Origin: Wolbachia endosymbiont strain TRS of Brugia malayi | Lineage (GTDB): Bacteria; Pseudomonadota; Alphaproteobacteria; Rickettsiales; Anaplasmataceae | NCBI RefSeq assembly: GCF_000008385.1 | Contig: NC_006833.1 | Span: 600,001 to 632,000, forward strand | Length of the DNA: 32,000 nt | Direction: 5' to 3' | Part shown: positions 1 through 9,827 of the stretch, one piece after another | How positions within the stretch are numbered: position 1 is the first letter of the stretch | Layout of the letters: every line of letters starts with the position of its first letter | Made by a program: the position numbers and the translations under genes | Notes under the pieces: model-generated | Databases searched by the model: none | What the model saw: the letters and a program-made list of their open reading frames with translations, nothing else | Told to the model about the DNA's origin: nothing

Positions 1-132
1 AATATTAATCAATCTTTAAATTTAGAACAGGAATTTGACAATGGACACATCAAGCTAACGGATAGTTCCTCTAACGAATATATTGGCTATTCCAAAGTGG
101 AAAGTAAAATACTAGTGAAAGCCATGACATAA
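1..132 (+). other. 3' end of a truncated or degraded coding region (unknown product)
   Basis: Frame 1 is open from base 1 (NINQSLNLEQEFDNGHIKLTDSSSNEYIGYSKVESKILVKAMT) to TAA at 130-132. A shifted frame then continues as ENLTIDGYIYNFHEDNHNINLEYYMGIDLKSDINKIPSL* to about 258. Confidence 0.35.
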
Positions 133-380
133 TAGAAAACTTAACTATTGATGGTTACATCTACAATTTCCATGAAGACAATCATAATATAAATCTTGAG
201 TACTATATGGGTATAGATTTAAAAAGTGATATAAACAAAATTCCTTCTCTTTGAAAAGATACATAATCACATATGTAAACTTCTCTATTGTTTCTTGCAA
301 TAGAGAAGTCATTTACTACAACAAACTTTAAAAGCATTATATTTTATATTACAATAACTTTTTTGTCTCTTTAAAGATTC

Positions 381-2759
381 ATGAGATTTACATTATCTTG
401 GTTACTAGAGCACTTAGAAACGAATGCTAGTTTAGAAGAAATCACTGATAAGTTAACTCATATAGGGTTAGAAGTAAAAGATGTGGTTGACAATACCAAA
501 TTAGCTGGATTCATTGTTGCAAAAGTGTTGGAAGTCACACCTCATCCAAATGTTGATAAGTTAAAGCTGTGTAAAGTAGATAATGGAAGTAAAATCTTAC
601 AAATAGTCTGTGGGGCAAATAACGTTAGAGAAGGCTTGAAGACTGTACTTGCATCTCTTGGCAGCACATTGCCAGAAAGTAATTTCACAATTAAGCCCAC
701 AAAAATACGAGGGGTGCTAAGTGAAGGAATACTCTGTTCCGCTTCTGAGCTTATGCTGGCTCAAGAGAAAAGTAAAGGAATAATTGAACTCTCTGATGAT
801 TATAAAGTGGGGAATAAATTTTTCAATTGTGATCCTGTAATCGATATAAATGTCACCACAAATCGTGGAGATTGCCTGAGTGTACATGGAATAGCTCGAG
901 ACTTGGCAGCAACTGGAATTGGAACATTAAATTCCTTAATTTATTCTAGCGCCATTCCAGCTCATGATACTGGAATCCAAGATAGATCCAAGTCTGGAAT
1001 GACAAGGAGCTCTTCTATAAATGTTAAGGTCATCGATGGTGAGAGCTTTATTAGTGGAGTATACATTTCCAATGTGAGAAATAAGGAGAGCCCAAGATGG
1101 TTAAAAGATAGGCTGGAATCAGTAGGAATGCGTTCCATTTCTGCAATAGTTGATATTACTAACTATATTATGATGTCCTTTGGTCGCCCGATGCATGCGT
1201 ATGATGCGAAAAAAATAGAAGGGAAACTCATAGTACGCAAAGCAAACAATGGAGAAAAATTTACTGGTTTAAATGGTAAAGAGTACTTATTAAATAATGA
1301 TATAAGCGTTATTTCTGATAATAATAATATTCACGCAATTGCTGGAATTATAGGCGGTAAGTGCAGTAAATGTACACTTGAAACTACTGATGTCTTTTTA
1401 GAATCTGCTTGGTTTAATCCTATCTCTGTTACTAAATCTTCAAGGCAACTCAATATTTCCACAGACTCAAGTTACAGATTTGCACGTTCAGTTGATCCTG
1501 GATTTATTCTTGATGGGCTCCATTTTGCAGCTCAGATGATTGTTGATTTGTGTGGTGGAAAAGCCTCAAACGTAGTGTTTGCTGGCAGTTTGGATGAGGC
1601 TGATACCAAGGTGAGTTTTGATTATCAAGATGTAAACAAGTTTGGAAGTGTGTCTGTATTGCCTGACGAGATGTTTGATATCTTAACAAAATTAGGATTT
1701 AGCACTGATAAAAAAACTGAGAATAATTGGAATGTAAAAGTACCAAGCTGGAGATCGGATGTTACCATACCTGCTGACCTAGTTGAAGAGGTAGTAAGAA
1801 TATATGGATATGATAAAATAAAAGAGGAACCACTAATAGACAACGTTGAGGTAGAAATTAATACACACGATAACTTGCGTGTTTTGATGATAAGCAGAGG
1901 ATTTCATGAAGTGTTCACTTGGTCATTTATGAGTGAATCGATAGCTGAAAAATTTGGCTACTCAAATAAGTTATTTATCATCGACAATCCATTTAATAAT
2001 AACTTCAATATAATGAGGCCAAGTATCGTTCCAAATTTGTTGCAAGTTACTGCTGACAATATCGTCCATGGAATGTCTGATCTTGCAATTTTTGAGATCG
2101 GACCAGTTTACGATAGTCTCGACCAACCTAAGTATTCTTTAAGTGGAATAAGAACAGGCAATAATTTGCCGCGAAACCATTATAATACTGATAGGAAAAT
2201 AGATGTTTTTGATGCAAAGGCTGATTTAATAGCAGCTTTGGAGCTTTTTAATGTTAGTTATGGAAATTTAACAATAGAAAGAGCAGAAAAAGAATATTAC
2301 CACCCAGGAAAGTCAGGCACTCTCTCTTTCAAGAATAAAGCAACAGGTTATTTTGGGGAGTTGCATCCTAATATATTAGACCTTTTTGACATCAAACAAA
2401 AAGTTGTAGGCTTTGAGATGATATTAGAAAATATGGGAAACCTACCTGTAAGCAGAGAAAAATTTATCGATTATAAGCATCAAAGCGTAAAGCGCGATTT
2501 TGCATTTATTGTGAATAGGGATGTAGAAGTTGGTAAAATAATTAACATGGTAAAAAAAAGCTCAGAGCTCATTACGGAAGTTTTCGTATTTGACGTATAC
2601 CATGGAAATAACATGGAACCGAATAAAATGTCTATAGCATTGTCAGTTACTTTCTGTTCTCCAACTCACACCTTGATTGAAGAGGAAATTCAAAAAGAAT
2701 CGAGTGCTATAGTCAACTTAGTGCATAAAAATACCGGAGGAATCTTGAGGTATACCTAA
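381..2759 (+). CDS. pheT: phenylalanyl-tRNA synthetase beta subunit
   Basis: 792-aa ORF: N-terminal tRNA-binding domain ([38 protein letters not shown]), B3/B4 motif region ([17 protein letters not shown]), B5 domain and C-terminal anticodon-binding-like domain ([15 protein letters not shown]-like). Confidence 0.97.
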   Translation: MRFTLSWLLEHLETNASLEEITDKLTHIGLEVKDVVDNTKLAGFIVAKVLEVTPHPNVDKLKLCKVDNGSKILQIVCGANNVREGLKTVLASLGSTLPESNFTIKPTKIRGVLSEGILCSASELMLAQEKSKGIIELSDDYKVGNKFFNCDPVIDINVTTNRGDCLSVHGIARDLAATGIGTLNSLIYSSAIPAHDTGIQDRSKSGMTRSSSINVKVIDGESFISGVYISNVRNKESPRWLKDRLESVGMRSISAIVDITNYIMMSFGRPMHAYDAKKIEGKLIVRKANNGEKFTGLNGKEYLLNNDISVISDNNNIHAIAGIIGGKCSKCTLETTDVFLESAWFNPISVTKSSRQLNISTDSSYRFARSVDPGFILDGLHFAAQMIVDLCGGKASNVVFAGSLDEADTKVSFDYQDVNKFGSVSVLPDEMFDILTKLGFSTDKKTENNWNVKVPSWRSDVTIPADLVEEVVRIYGYDKIKEEPLIDNVEVEINTHDNLRVLMISRGFHEVFTWSFMSESIAEKFGYSNKLFIIDNPFNNNFNIMRPSIVPNLLQVTADNIVHGMSDLAIFEIGPVYDSLDQPKYSLSGIRTGNNLPRNHYNTDRKIDVFDAKADLIAALELFNVSYGNLTIERAEKEYYHPGKSGTLSFKNKATGYFGELHPNILDLFDIKQKVVGFEMILENMGNLPVSREKFIDYKHQSVKRDFAFIVNRDVEVGKIINMVKKSSELITEVFVFDVYHGNNMEPNKMSIALSVTFCSPTHTLIEEEIQKESSAIVNLVHKNTGGILRYT

Positions 2760-2760
2760 T

Positions 2761-3717
2761 TCATACTTGACTAAAGAAGCTAACTATATTTTCTTTCACT
2801 TCCATACTATCTGTCATGTTATTTACTCTCACACGAAATTCAGATGAGTTCTTAAACCCGCTACTGTACCAACCTATGTGTTTGCGGGCGATCTTTATTC
2901 CTGCATCATTTCCGTAGTACTCAAGAATATTGTCATAATGCTCAAGTATGATGCTCAGTTTCTCTGAAGCTGTTGGCTCAGAAACTTCACTTCCACTTAA
3001 AAAGTTTATTGCTTGGTTAATCAGCCAAGGTCTACCATAAGCACCACGACCTATCATAACCCCATCTGCTCTGGATTCTTTAAGTGCATTTTGAATATCA
3101 TTCAAACTTTTAATATCGCCGTTTACTATTACCGGGATCTTTACTTGCTCTTTAACATTTCTAATAAATTTCCAATCTGCTTGACCATTATAAAGCTGTG
3201 CTCTTGTTCTTCCGTGCACAGTTATCATCTTTGCTCCAAGATCCTCTGCAATTTTTGCTAAACGTGGAGCATTACGGTTTTCATTGTTCCATCCGGTACG
3301 AATTTTCACCGTAACTGGCACGTTCACTGCCTTGACTACAGCTTCAATTATCTCAGCAGCCTTTTTTTCATTACGCATTAGCGCTGATCCTGCATAACCA
3401 TTCACAACTTTTTTAACTGGGCAACCAAAATTTATATCTATGATTTTAGCTCCCATATCTTCATTTAATTTTGCAGCTTCCGCCATTATATCTGGTTCGC
3501 ACCCAGCAAGCTGCACAGCAGTTAATTCATCAACTTTTGCTTTTTGCATACTTTGGCGAGTTTGCATGATCATAGCTCTGCTTGCAATCATCTCTGAAAC
3601 TAACAAACTTGCACCAAGTTTCTTCACAATGCTTCTGAATGGATAATCAGTAACTCCAGACATTGGAGCTAAGATTACCGGAGAACCAATCATCAAAATT
3701 CCTATTTGCAGGGACAT
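2761..3717 (-). CDS. dusB: tRNA-dihydrouridine synthase (DusB type)
   Basis: 318-aa ORF with LAPMSGVTDYPFR, IDINFGCPVKKV, NGYAGSALMRN, VTVKIRTGW, ITVHGRTRAQLYNG, VNGDIKS and DGVMIGRGAYGRPW. Confidence 0.95.
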   Translation of the reverse strand: MSLQIGILMIGSPVILAPMSGVTDYPFRSIVKKLGASLLVSEMIASRAMIMQTRQSMQKAKVDELTAVQLAGCEPDIMAEAAKLNEDMGAKIIDINFGCPVKKVVNGYAGSALMRNEKKAAEIIEAVVKAVNVPVTVKIRTGWNNENRNAPRLAKIAEDLGAKMITVHGRTRAQLYNGQADWKFIRNVKEQVKIPVIVNGDIKSLNDIQNALKESRADGVMIGRGAYGRPWLINQAINFLSGSEVSEPTASEKLSIILEHYDNILEYYGNDAGIKIARKHIGWYSSGFKNSSEFRVRVNNMTDSMEVKENIVSFFSQV

Positions 3718-5108
3718 GGAGTTAACGGTAATTCCTCATTGTAAACCCATGGTGTACAAGCTTGAACATTTTGCTCTTTTAAAGTAATAGATGTTTGTGT
3801 ACTTGGCGGAAGATCACATAACAATCCGTATTTTAAATGTTCCTTCCATTCTGTATCATTCATAAGTGCTTCTGCAAATTCTTTTCTTTTCTCTTTCAAT
3901 TGCTTTGAATCAGGTTTGTATTTCGATAGCTCTGCATCAATTTCATCAAATGACTTATTCTCCTTAAACATTTGTGTAATCTTATGAGCATTTTCTAATG
4001 CAAATATTCCGCAGTTATAGCCATCATTTTGCTGCTTAATCGAGGAGCTTCTTATATCATCATTTCCAATTTCTAAGGCTGCTTCCAGTGCACTTACTAT
4101 ACTATCGGTGTTTATTGGAATGTTAATTAGTTCATCTTTCCTTTTCTTACACGTTTGTGCTGTTTTTTGCACATCTTTGCTCATTTCTTTTCTTCCTTGC
4201 GTATTTAACGCACAAGCTTGCTTGTTAAGAGGAAGCATTAAATCGTTTTTAATTTCATTTGCATTTTCTATATTACTACGCTGACTACCAGAACGTGGTA
4301 GTTTAGCACTAAAAGAATCACAGTAATAGGCTCTAAATTGTCCATTGCCTGGATCATATGCAATAACTAATGTGGTCCAATGACGATTTCCTAAGTTCAC
4401 CACTGAAGCGAACGTTACTTTTTGATCTTCCTGTTCCACCTTACTTTTGTATTCTATCAGCCTTTCATTCAAAGCTTCAAGATTGCCAGGAATACAGAAA
4501 AATACATCATCCGAAGAGCTTTCTGAATATCCATATTTAATCCTTGCAATGTGAGCAATATCATGCTGCTGTAGCCAGTAAGCATACTTACCTCCGTTTG
4601 TCTGATGTACAAGGGTTTGTAAATCTTCACTGAATTCTTTACTACCCAAACCACTATCTTTTGAAGCGATGGAAATAGAACTTCTACGACTATCGTCCCT
4701 TGAACCATGTTCACTATTAATACCACTATCCTCACTTAGAGTCTTTTGATCTTCTTGATTTGCTCCTCTTCCACTAATATAATCTCTCACTAAGTGGTAT
4801 AAAGTTCCAATAATTTTATATGCTACTGCAAGAGCTATCCCGATCACAATCCAAACTATAGGACGAGAGTTTAGCATAGCAAGCAGTAAAATTAAGAGGG
4901 GAGATCCTATTGCCAATCCTAAACAGCTAATGGTAAACATAACTGCCAGATGTATACCAAAAGCGTAAATAGCAAATTTTCCACCGGCCTTGAGCTTAAT
5001 AAGATAAGTGCTCTCTTCTATAGAGCCTGACATATTTATTCCGTAAATGCAAGTTAACCAAATTTTAACAAATTCTGAGGGTAAAGTCAACCATGATGAT
5101 CTTAGCAT
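3702..5108 (-). CDS. membrane-anchored Ulp1/C48-like cysteine protease (candidate deubiquitinase/deSUMOylase effector)
   Basis: 468-aa ORF; the likely start is ATG at 5033 (MSGSIEESTYLIKL). Hydrophobic stretches near the N terminus (FAIYAFGIHLAVMFTISCLGLAI; LLILLLAMLNSRPIVWIVIGIALAVAYKI). C-terminal motifs GNRHWTTLVIAYDPG, FRAYYCDSF and KQQNDGYNCGIFALENA match the His/Asp/Gln/Cys layout of Ulp1-like proteases. Confidence 0.75.
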   Translation of the reverse strand: MLRSSWLTLPSEFVKIWLTCIYGINMSGSIEESTYLIKLKAGGKFAIYAFGIHLAVMFTISCLGLAIGSPLLILLLAMLNSRPIVWIVIGIALAVAYKIIGTLYHLVRDYISGRGANQEDQKTLSEDSGINSEHGSRDDSRRSSISIASKDSGLGSKEFSEDLQTLVHQTNGGKYAYWLQQHDIAHIARIKYGYSESSSDDVFFCIPGNLEALNERLIEYKSKVEQEDQKVTFASVVNLGNRHWTTLVIAYDPGNGQFRAYYCDSFSAKLPRSGSQRSNIENANEIKNDLMLPLNKQACALNTQGRKEMSKDVQKTAQTCKKRKDELINIPINTDSIVSALEAALEIGNDDIRSSSIKQQNDGYNCGIFALENAHKITQMFKENKSFDEIDAELSKYKPDSKQLKEKRKEFAEALMNDTEWKEHLKYGLLCDLPPSTQTSITLKEQNVQACTPWVYNEELPLTPCPCK

Positions 5109-5186
5109 TCATTCATGTTATGTGTAAAAATATTGAGTATTAAAAGCTTTTAAAGTACAGTAACAATATCAGTAGTAGCGCAATGT

Positions 5187-6464
5187 ATGCATGATATAGA
5201 ATATATACGCCAAAATTCTGAAGAATTCGAAAAAGCAATGGAAAGTAGGGGAATGAAAGAGTTTTCTGCAGAAGAGATACTAAAAGTTGATCACAAGAAA
5301 AGGTTGTTGACCACTAAATTGCAAGATTTAAATAGGCAACGCAACGAAATCACAAAAAAAATAAAAGAGCTTAAAATGAGCAAGAGCCCTTGTGAGAAGC
5401 AAATAAAGTCATCAAAAAATATCACAAATGAGATAGAAGCAATCAGCTTAAAAGAGCAAATGGAAAAGGATAAATTAGTTAATATCTTATCTAATTTACC
5501 GAATATCCCTGTGCAGGGTGTACCAATAGGTGCAGGCGAGAACTCTAATTTAGAGGTGAGAAGATATCGAGAAAAGAGGCAATTTGATTTCGTGCCAAAG
5601 TCTCATTATGAACTCGGAGAAAGGTTAGGTTTAATGGATTTCGAGCAAGCAGCAAAAATTTCTGGGTCAAGATTTGCGATATTAAAAGGGCAGCTAGCTA
5701 AGCTTGGACGAGCACTAATAAATTTTATGCTTGAAATGCATGTTAATGAATTTGGCTATACTGAGGTATATCACCCAGTCTTGGTAAAAAATGAGGCTAT
5801 GTATAATGTTGGTCAGCTACCGAAATTTTCTGATGATTCATATCTAACTACCGACGAATTAAGATTAATCCCCACAGGTGAGGTGGTTTTAACAAATTCG
5901 GTTGCTGATAAAATAGTAGAAGAAAAGAAACTGCCTATTCGTTTTACTGCATATTCAGAATGTTTTCGTAAAGAGGCTGGTAGTGCAGGACAAAGCACGA
6001 GAGGCATGATAAGGCAACACCAATTTGGTAAAGTAGAGTTGGTAAGTATCACAACTGAAGATCAATCAAATGATGAACTTGAGCGTATGACAGGTGTTGC
6101 TGAAGAGATATTAAAAAGATTAGAACTGCCATATAGAGTAATACTATTATGCAGCGGCGATATGGGCTTTGCTGCACAAAAGACCTATGATATAGAGGTG
6201 TGGTTACCTGAGCAAAATAGGTATAGAGAAATATCGAGCTGTTCAAATTGTGGTAATTTTCAGGCAAGGAGGATGAACGCTAAATACTCTTTAGAAGCTA
6301 ATAAAAAGGTAAAAAAATATGTTCACACTTTAAATGGCTCGGCTTTAGCTATAGGAAGAACGATTATTGCCGTAATGGAAAATTATCAAAATCCTGACGG
6401 GTCGATTACAATACCAAATGTGTTGCAAAAATACATCAGTAATGGTACTGTTATAAGCAAATAA
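5187..6464 (+). CDS. serS: seryl-tRNA synthetase
   Basis: 425-aa [26 protein letters not shown]-terminal coiled-coil; class II motifs [32 protein letters not shown] and [35 protein letters not shown]. Confidence 0.97.
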   Translation: MHDIEYIRQNSEEFEKAMESRGMKEFSAEEILKVDHKKRLLTTKLQDLNRQRNEITKKIKELKMSKSPCEKQIKSSKNITNEIEAISLKEQMEKDKLVNILSNLPNIPVQGVPIGAGENSNLEVRRYREKRQFDFVPKSHYELGERLGLMDFEQAAKISGSRFAILKGQLAKLGRALINFMLEMHVNEFGYTEVYHPVLVKNEAMYNVGQLPKFSDDSYLTTDELRLIPTGEVVLTNSVADKIVEEKKLPIRFTAYSECFRKEAGSAGQSTRGMIRQHQFGKVELVSITTEDQSNDELERMTGVAEEILKRLELPYRVILLCSGDMGFAAQKTYDIEVWLPEQNRYREISSCSNCGNFQARRMNAKYSLEANKKVKKYVHTLNGSALAIGRTIIAVMENYQNPDGSITIPNVLQKYISNGTVISK

Positions 6465-6498
6465 TAGTTTTGAAGTACAAAAGCGAGGAAATGGGGAG

Positions 6499-7770
6499 AT
6501 GAAGGTTCTGGTTATAGGTTCTGGTGGACGTGAGCATGCTTTGCTTTGGACTTTAAAGAAGTCTCCTATCTTAACCGAGTTATATATCACTCCTGGCCGC
6601 CCAGCTATGGGAAATCTCGGAGTTCTTGTGAATATAAATATTCAAAATTCAATCGATATGACACGATTTTGTAAGAGAGAAAATATAGAATTAGTTATTA
6701 TTGGTCCAGAACAACCAATAATTGATGGGCTTGCTGACAACTTAGTTGCAGAGGGAATAAATGTTTTTGCTCCAAGTCAAGCAGCTGCAAAACTCGAAGC
6801 ATCAAAATCCTTTACCAAGGGAATATGTAAGCAATACGGCATACCAACTGCCAAGTACGAGTGTTTTGTTGACGAGAGATTAGCTAAAAGTTTTGTACGT
6901 AGTAATAAAATAAAATTTCCACTTGTAGTGAAAGCGAATGGAATTGCAGCAGGGAAAGGTGTAATAGTATGCAATACGGAAAATGAGGCTTTTTCAGCAA
7001 TAGACTCAATGTTGGTGGAGAAAAAATTTGGTGAATCAGGTGAAGAAATAATCATAGAAGAATTTTTAGTTGGAGAGGAAGTAAGCTTCTTTGCTCTTGT
7101 TGATGGGTTAAAAGTAGTAACCCTTGGATGTGCGAAAGATTATAAGAGAGTTGATGAGAATAATGACAGTCGAAATACTGGAGGTATGGGGTCATACTCG
7201 TCACCTTCAATTATAAGTAAGGATATGGAACAAAAAATTATCCAAAGAATAATATATCCTACAATTCAAGCATTGGCTAACATGGGAACCCCTTATCGAG
7301 GAGTGCTTTTTGCTGGTTTAATAACTTGCAAAGATAGTCCAAAACTTCTTGAGTACAATGTTAGATTTGGTGATCCTGAAGCACAATCCATGTTACCTAG
7401 GTTTGATGCAAGTTGTGACTTATTGGAATTAATGTTGTCAGTTGCAAAAGGGAAGTTAAGTGCTAAAACGGTGGAGCTTAATAGCAAAGCTACAGTTTGT
7501 GTAGTTGTTGCAAGCAAAGGCTACCCAGGTGATTATCAAAAGGGAGAAATAATTAAAGGACTAGCTAAAATTGAAAGTATTCCTGGTGTACTGGTATTTC
7601 ATGCTGGTACTAAGTTGGATGAAAGTGGCAATTGGGTTTCCGATGGCGGAAGAGTATTGAATATAGTAGGAGAAGGAAACACTTTAGAAGAAGCTAAAAG
7701 TAAAGTGTACTCTGCATTAAATTTTTTAGAATGGCCAGGAGGTTTCTTCAGGTACGACATTGGAAGTTAA
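6499..7770 (+). CDS. purD: phosphoribosylamine--glycine ligase
   Basis: 423-aa ORF. MKVLVIGSGGREHALLWTLKKSP, PLVVKANGIAAGKGVIVC, NTGGMGSYS, PYRGVLFAGLI, LEYNVRFGDPEAQ. Confidence 0.97.
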   Translation: MKVLVIGSGGREHALLWTLKKSPILTELYITPGRPAMGNLGVLVNINIQNSIDMTRFCKRENIELVIIGPEQPIIDGLADNLVAEGINVFAPSQAAAKLEASKSFTKGICKQYGIPTAKYECFVDERLAKSFVRSNKIKFPLVVKANGIAAGKGVIVCNTENEAFSAIDSMLVEKKFGESGEEIIIEEFLVGEEVSFFALVDGLKVVTLGCAKDYKRVDENNDSRNTGGMGSYSSPSIISKDMEQKIIQRIIYPTIQALANMGTPYRGVLFAGLITCKDSPKLLEYNVRFGDPEAQSMLPRFDASCDLLELMLSVAKGKLSAKTVELNSKATVCVVVASKGYPGDYQKGEIIKGLAKIESIPGVLVFHAGTKLDESGNWVSDGGRVLNIVGEGNTLEEAKSKVYSALNFLEWPGGFFRYDIGS

Positions 7771-7928
7771 TATTAGCTGTGCTTAAGGATGTTATCCAAG
7801 TGACTCATATAGAAATGCAAAAAACTACTTGATAAACTTTGCCAGCTCTTTATTATGGCATTGGAGCTAATTATTTATCTTTGTAATCTGTGTAGATTAA
7901 TGGCAAAAAGTTTAGGGTATTTGGTATC

Positions 7929-8240
7929 TTATGTTTAATTTTTCGCATTACACGTACCGTATGCCTTTATAAGACTTTTATGGTCTTACTTATATAAGCT
8001 GAAGTGTGCTTAAAAAGCGTTAAGACAGCAAAAAATGTCAAATTAACAGAAAGAATTTAATATTAGTTACCCTGGGTTTTTCTTACCTTTTTTCCTGCTT
8101 AGTAAATTTCTTAATATTAGATTGGTTGCAAAAAACAGCCGAACTGCAGCGTTTAGAATAAAAAACACCTATATTTGAGTACATATAACTAACCACCCAC
8201 AAGGGTTCTTTTGCTTTTTTTAGGTTGATTGAAATTCTAA
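7929..8240. repeat. degenerate noncoding repeat, second copy of the 20053-20840 type
   Basis: TTATGTTTAATTTTTCGC, TGCCTTTATAAGACTTTTATGGTCTTA, TTAGTAAATTTCTTAATATTAGATTG, GCGTTTAGAATA, TAACTAACCACCCACAAGGGTTCTTTTGCTTTTTTT. Confidence 0.5.
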
Positions 8241-8460
8241 TCTACTTTCGTTATGAAACTTTTTTGTTTAAGCAAGAGGTCTGGGTCTTTTTTTTTCTAG
8301 TGTAAGCTATTTAGATGATACCACAGAGGATTATAAAATGAGATACAAGTTGGTGAAGCAAGAAATCTGTCTTTAAACTCTCATCTTTTACTTTGGTTTC
8401 TTGGGTGAATTTTCTAAAAATAGCATATTACATTAAATTAATTTGAACAAGGGAGAGTTA

Positions 8461-9470
8461 TGGCTCCAAAAACATGCGAAGAGGCATTTAAAGTACTAGG
8501 ATTATTAGAGAGTGCAAGTATAGAAGAGACTAAAAGGCATATCACAAACTTGCATTGGAATGGTACTATAATAAACAGCGGAAAAGACTAAGGAAATAAC
8601 AATAGCATACGGAATATTAACAAGTCAAGTTGAACAAGAATTCATCAGTAAAAAGTCTAATGATGATTTGGTTAACAGTTTAGCTAAATATTTTAAAAAT
8701 TAGATAAAAGAATTTCGTAAAGAACGCTATGGTTCACATTCAAGTGAAGAAGAAGTTGATTTATTTGAGGCTCTTGACAATAGAGATCTAGCTAAAACAA
8801 AAACTCTGTTAGAAAAAGTTCAAGATACCAACGCACAAACTAAAATTTGTGATATATTTACTGGCAATTCAATATTACACTATATTGTAGAAAACTCTTG
8901 TAATAATCCTGAATCGGTTTGGATAGAACTTCTTGAAAAACTTCTATCCAAGTACAGCGCTAATAATTCAATACCAGTTTATAATAGTAGTGTTGATCCA
9001 TGTCCAAAACTTAACATTAACCCTTAGAGGGATTATTGTGGTACCCTTTACTGCTGCGTGTGCACCAGGTAACCTTGATGTTGTAAATTTGTTTTTTAAG
9101 TACGAAGCAGACCATAATATATGTGGTATTTGGGCTTCACCACTTTAATTATACTTTAAAGAAAAATAAAAATGATGTTGCTAAGGCACTATTTGAATAC
9201 GGTGCTAAAATTGATGTAGACTATGTAGAAGAAAGGTTAATTATCAGCGGTACTACAGAATATAGTCAGAGTACGGTGGAAATACTCTTACCGTATGCAT
9301 CTATATAGACAAAAAACAGGATGTTACAATCAATTGCCTACAGCTATCATGAGAAAACTGATCACGATATTGAAAAAGCAAAATTACTATTGAAGGGAAG
9401 TGCTAACCCTAAATTTTTCGGTGAAATAGAAAAAGGAGAATTAAATACTAGTACATCATATTTGGCCTAG
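8461..9470 (+). pseudogene. ankyrin-repeat protein pseudogene
   Basis: Starts ATGGCTCCAAAAACATGCGAAGAGGC. Several frames, with stops and shifts, give EEEVDLFEALDNRDLAKTKTLLEKV...GNSILHYIVENS, then FTAACAPGNLDVVNLFFKYEADHNI, then FTPLYYTLKKNKNDVAKALFEYGAKID and DIEKAKLLLKGSANPKF, which are ankyrin-like helices. Confidence 0.7.
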
Positions 9471-9640
9471 TCAAAAGGAAAAAGTAAGCTTGTGAAACTA
9501 TTTAATGAACACAAAGAAAATGTAATTAACAACAATTCACATCCAGTAAAAAATAAGGTATTTAGCCACCTATAACAGATCATAACTCTCCATAAAAACG
9601 ATCTTCAGAAAGAAGATAGATAATTATAGCTCTAGCGTTA

Positions 9641-9826
9641 TTGTTTAGTGCTATAGGAGCCAAACTGGCTATAATAGGAATTATACATAAAATTGCTGCT
9701 ATTGAAGCAGTTGTAACAGCCGTGTTGTCAGGAATTGCTGATGCTATAGCAGGTGGTGTAACAGGATATCTTATTAATGCAGCAATAAATCAATGCTGTA
9801 ATAGTCAGAAATGTGCAACTCAGTAG
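9641..9826 (+). other. small hydrophobic ORF, possibly the residual C-terminal membrane segment of the upstream ankyrin pseudogene
   Basis: 61-aa ORF rich in Ala, Ile and Gly (LAIIGIIHKIAAIEAVVTAVLSGIADAIAGGVTGYLINAAINQCC). Confidence 0.3.
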
Positions 9827-9827
9827 T

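Noticed and set aside
1504-1843. Minus-strand ORFs 1504..1689 and 1625..1843
   Set aside because: Both are fully antisense to the strongly supported pheT gene and have no recognisable protein character.
3013-3646. ORFs 3013..3261 (+) and 3440..3646 (+)
   Set aside because: Antisense to dusB and a reflection of its codon structure, so treated as spurious.
4469-4735. Minus-strand ORF 4469..4735 inside the protease gene
   Set aside because: Alternative frame of the 3702..5108 ORF. It has no independent support, although it overlaps the polar linker.
5813-7517. Antisense ORFs over serS and purD (5813..6052, 6049..6267, 6345..6590, 6777..7055, 7293..7517)
   Set aside because: Antisense shadows of well-supported tRNA synthetase and purine-biosynthesis genes.
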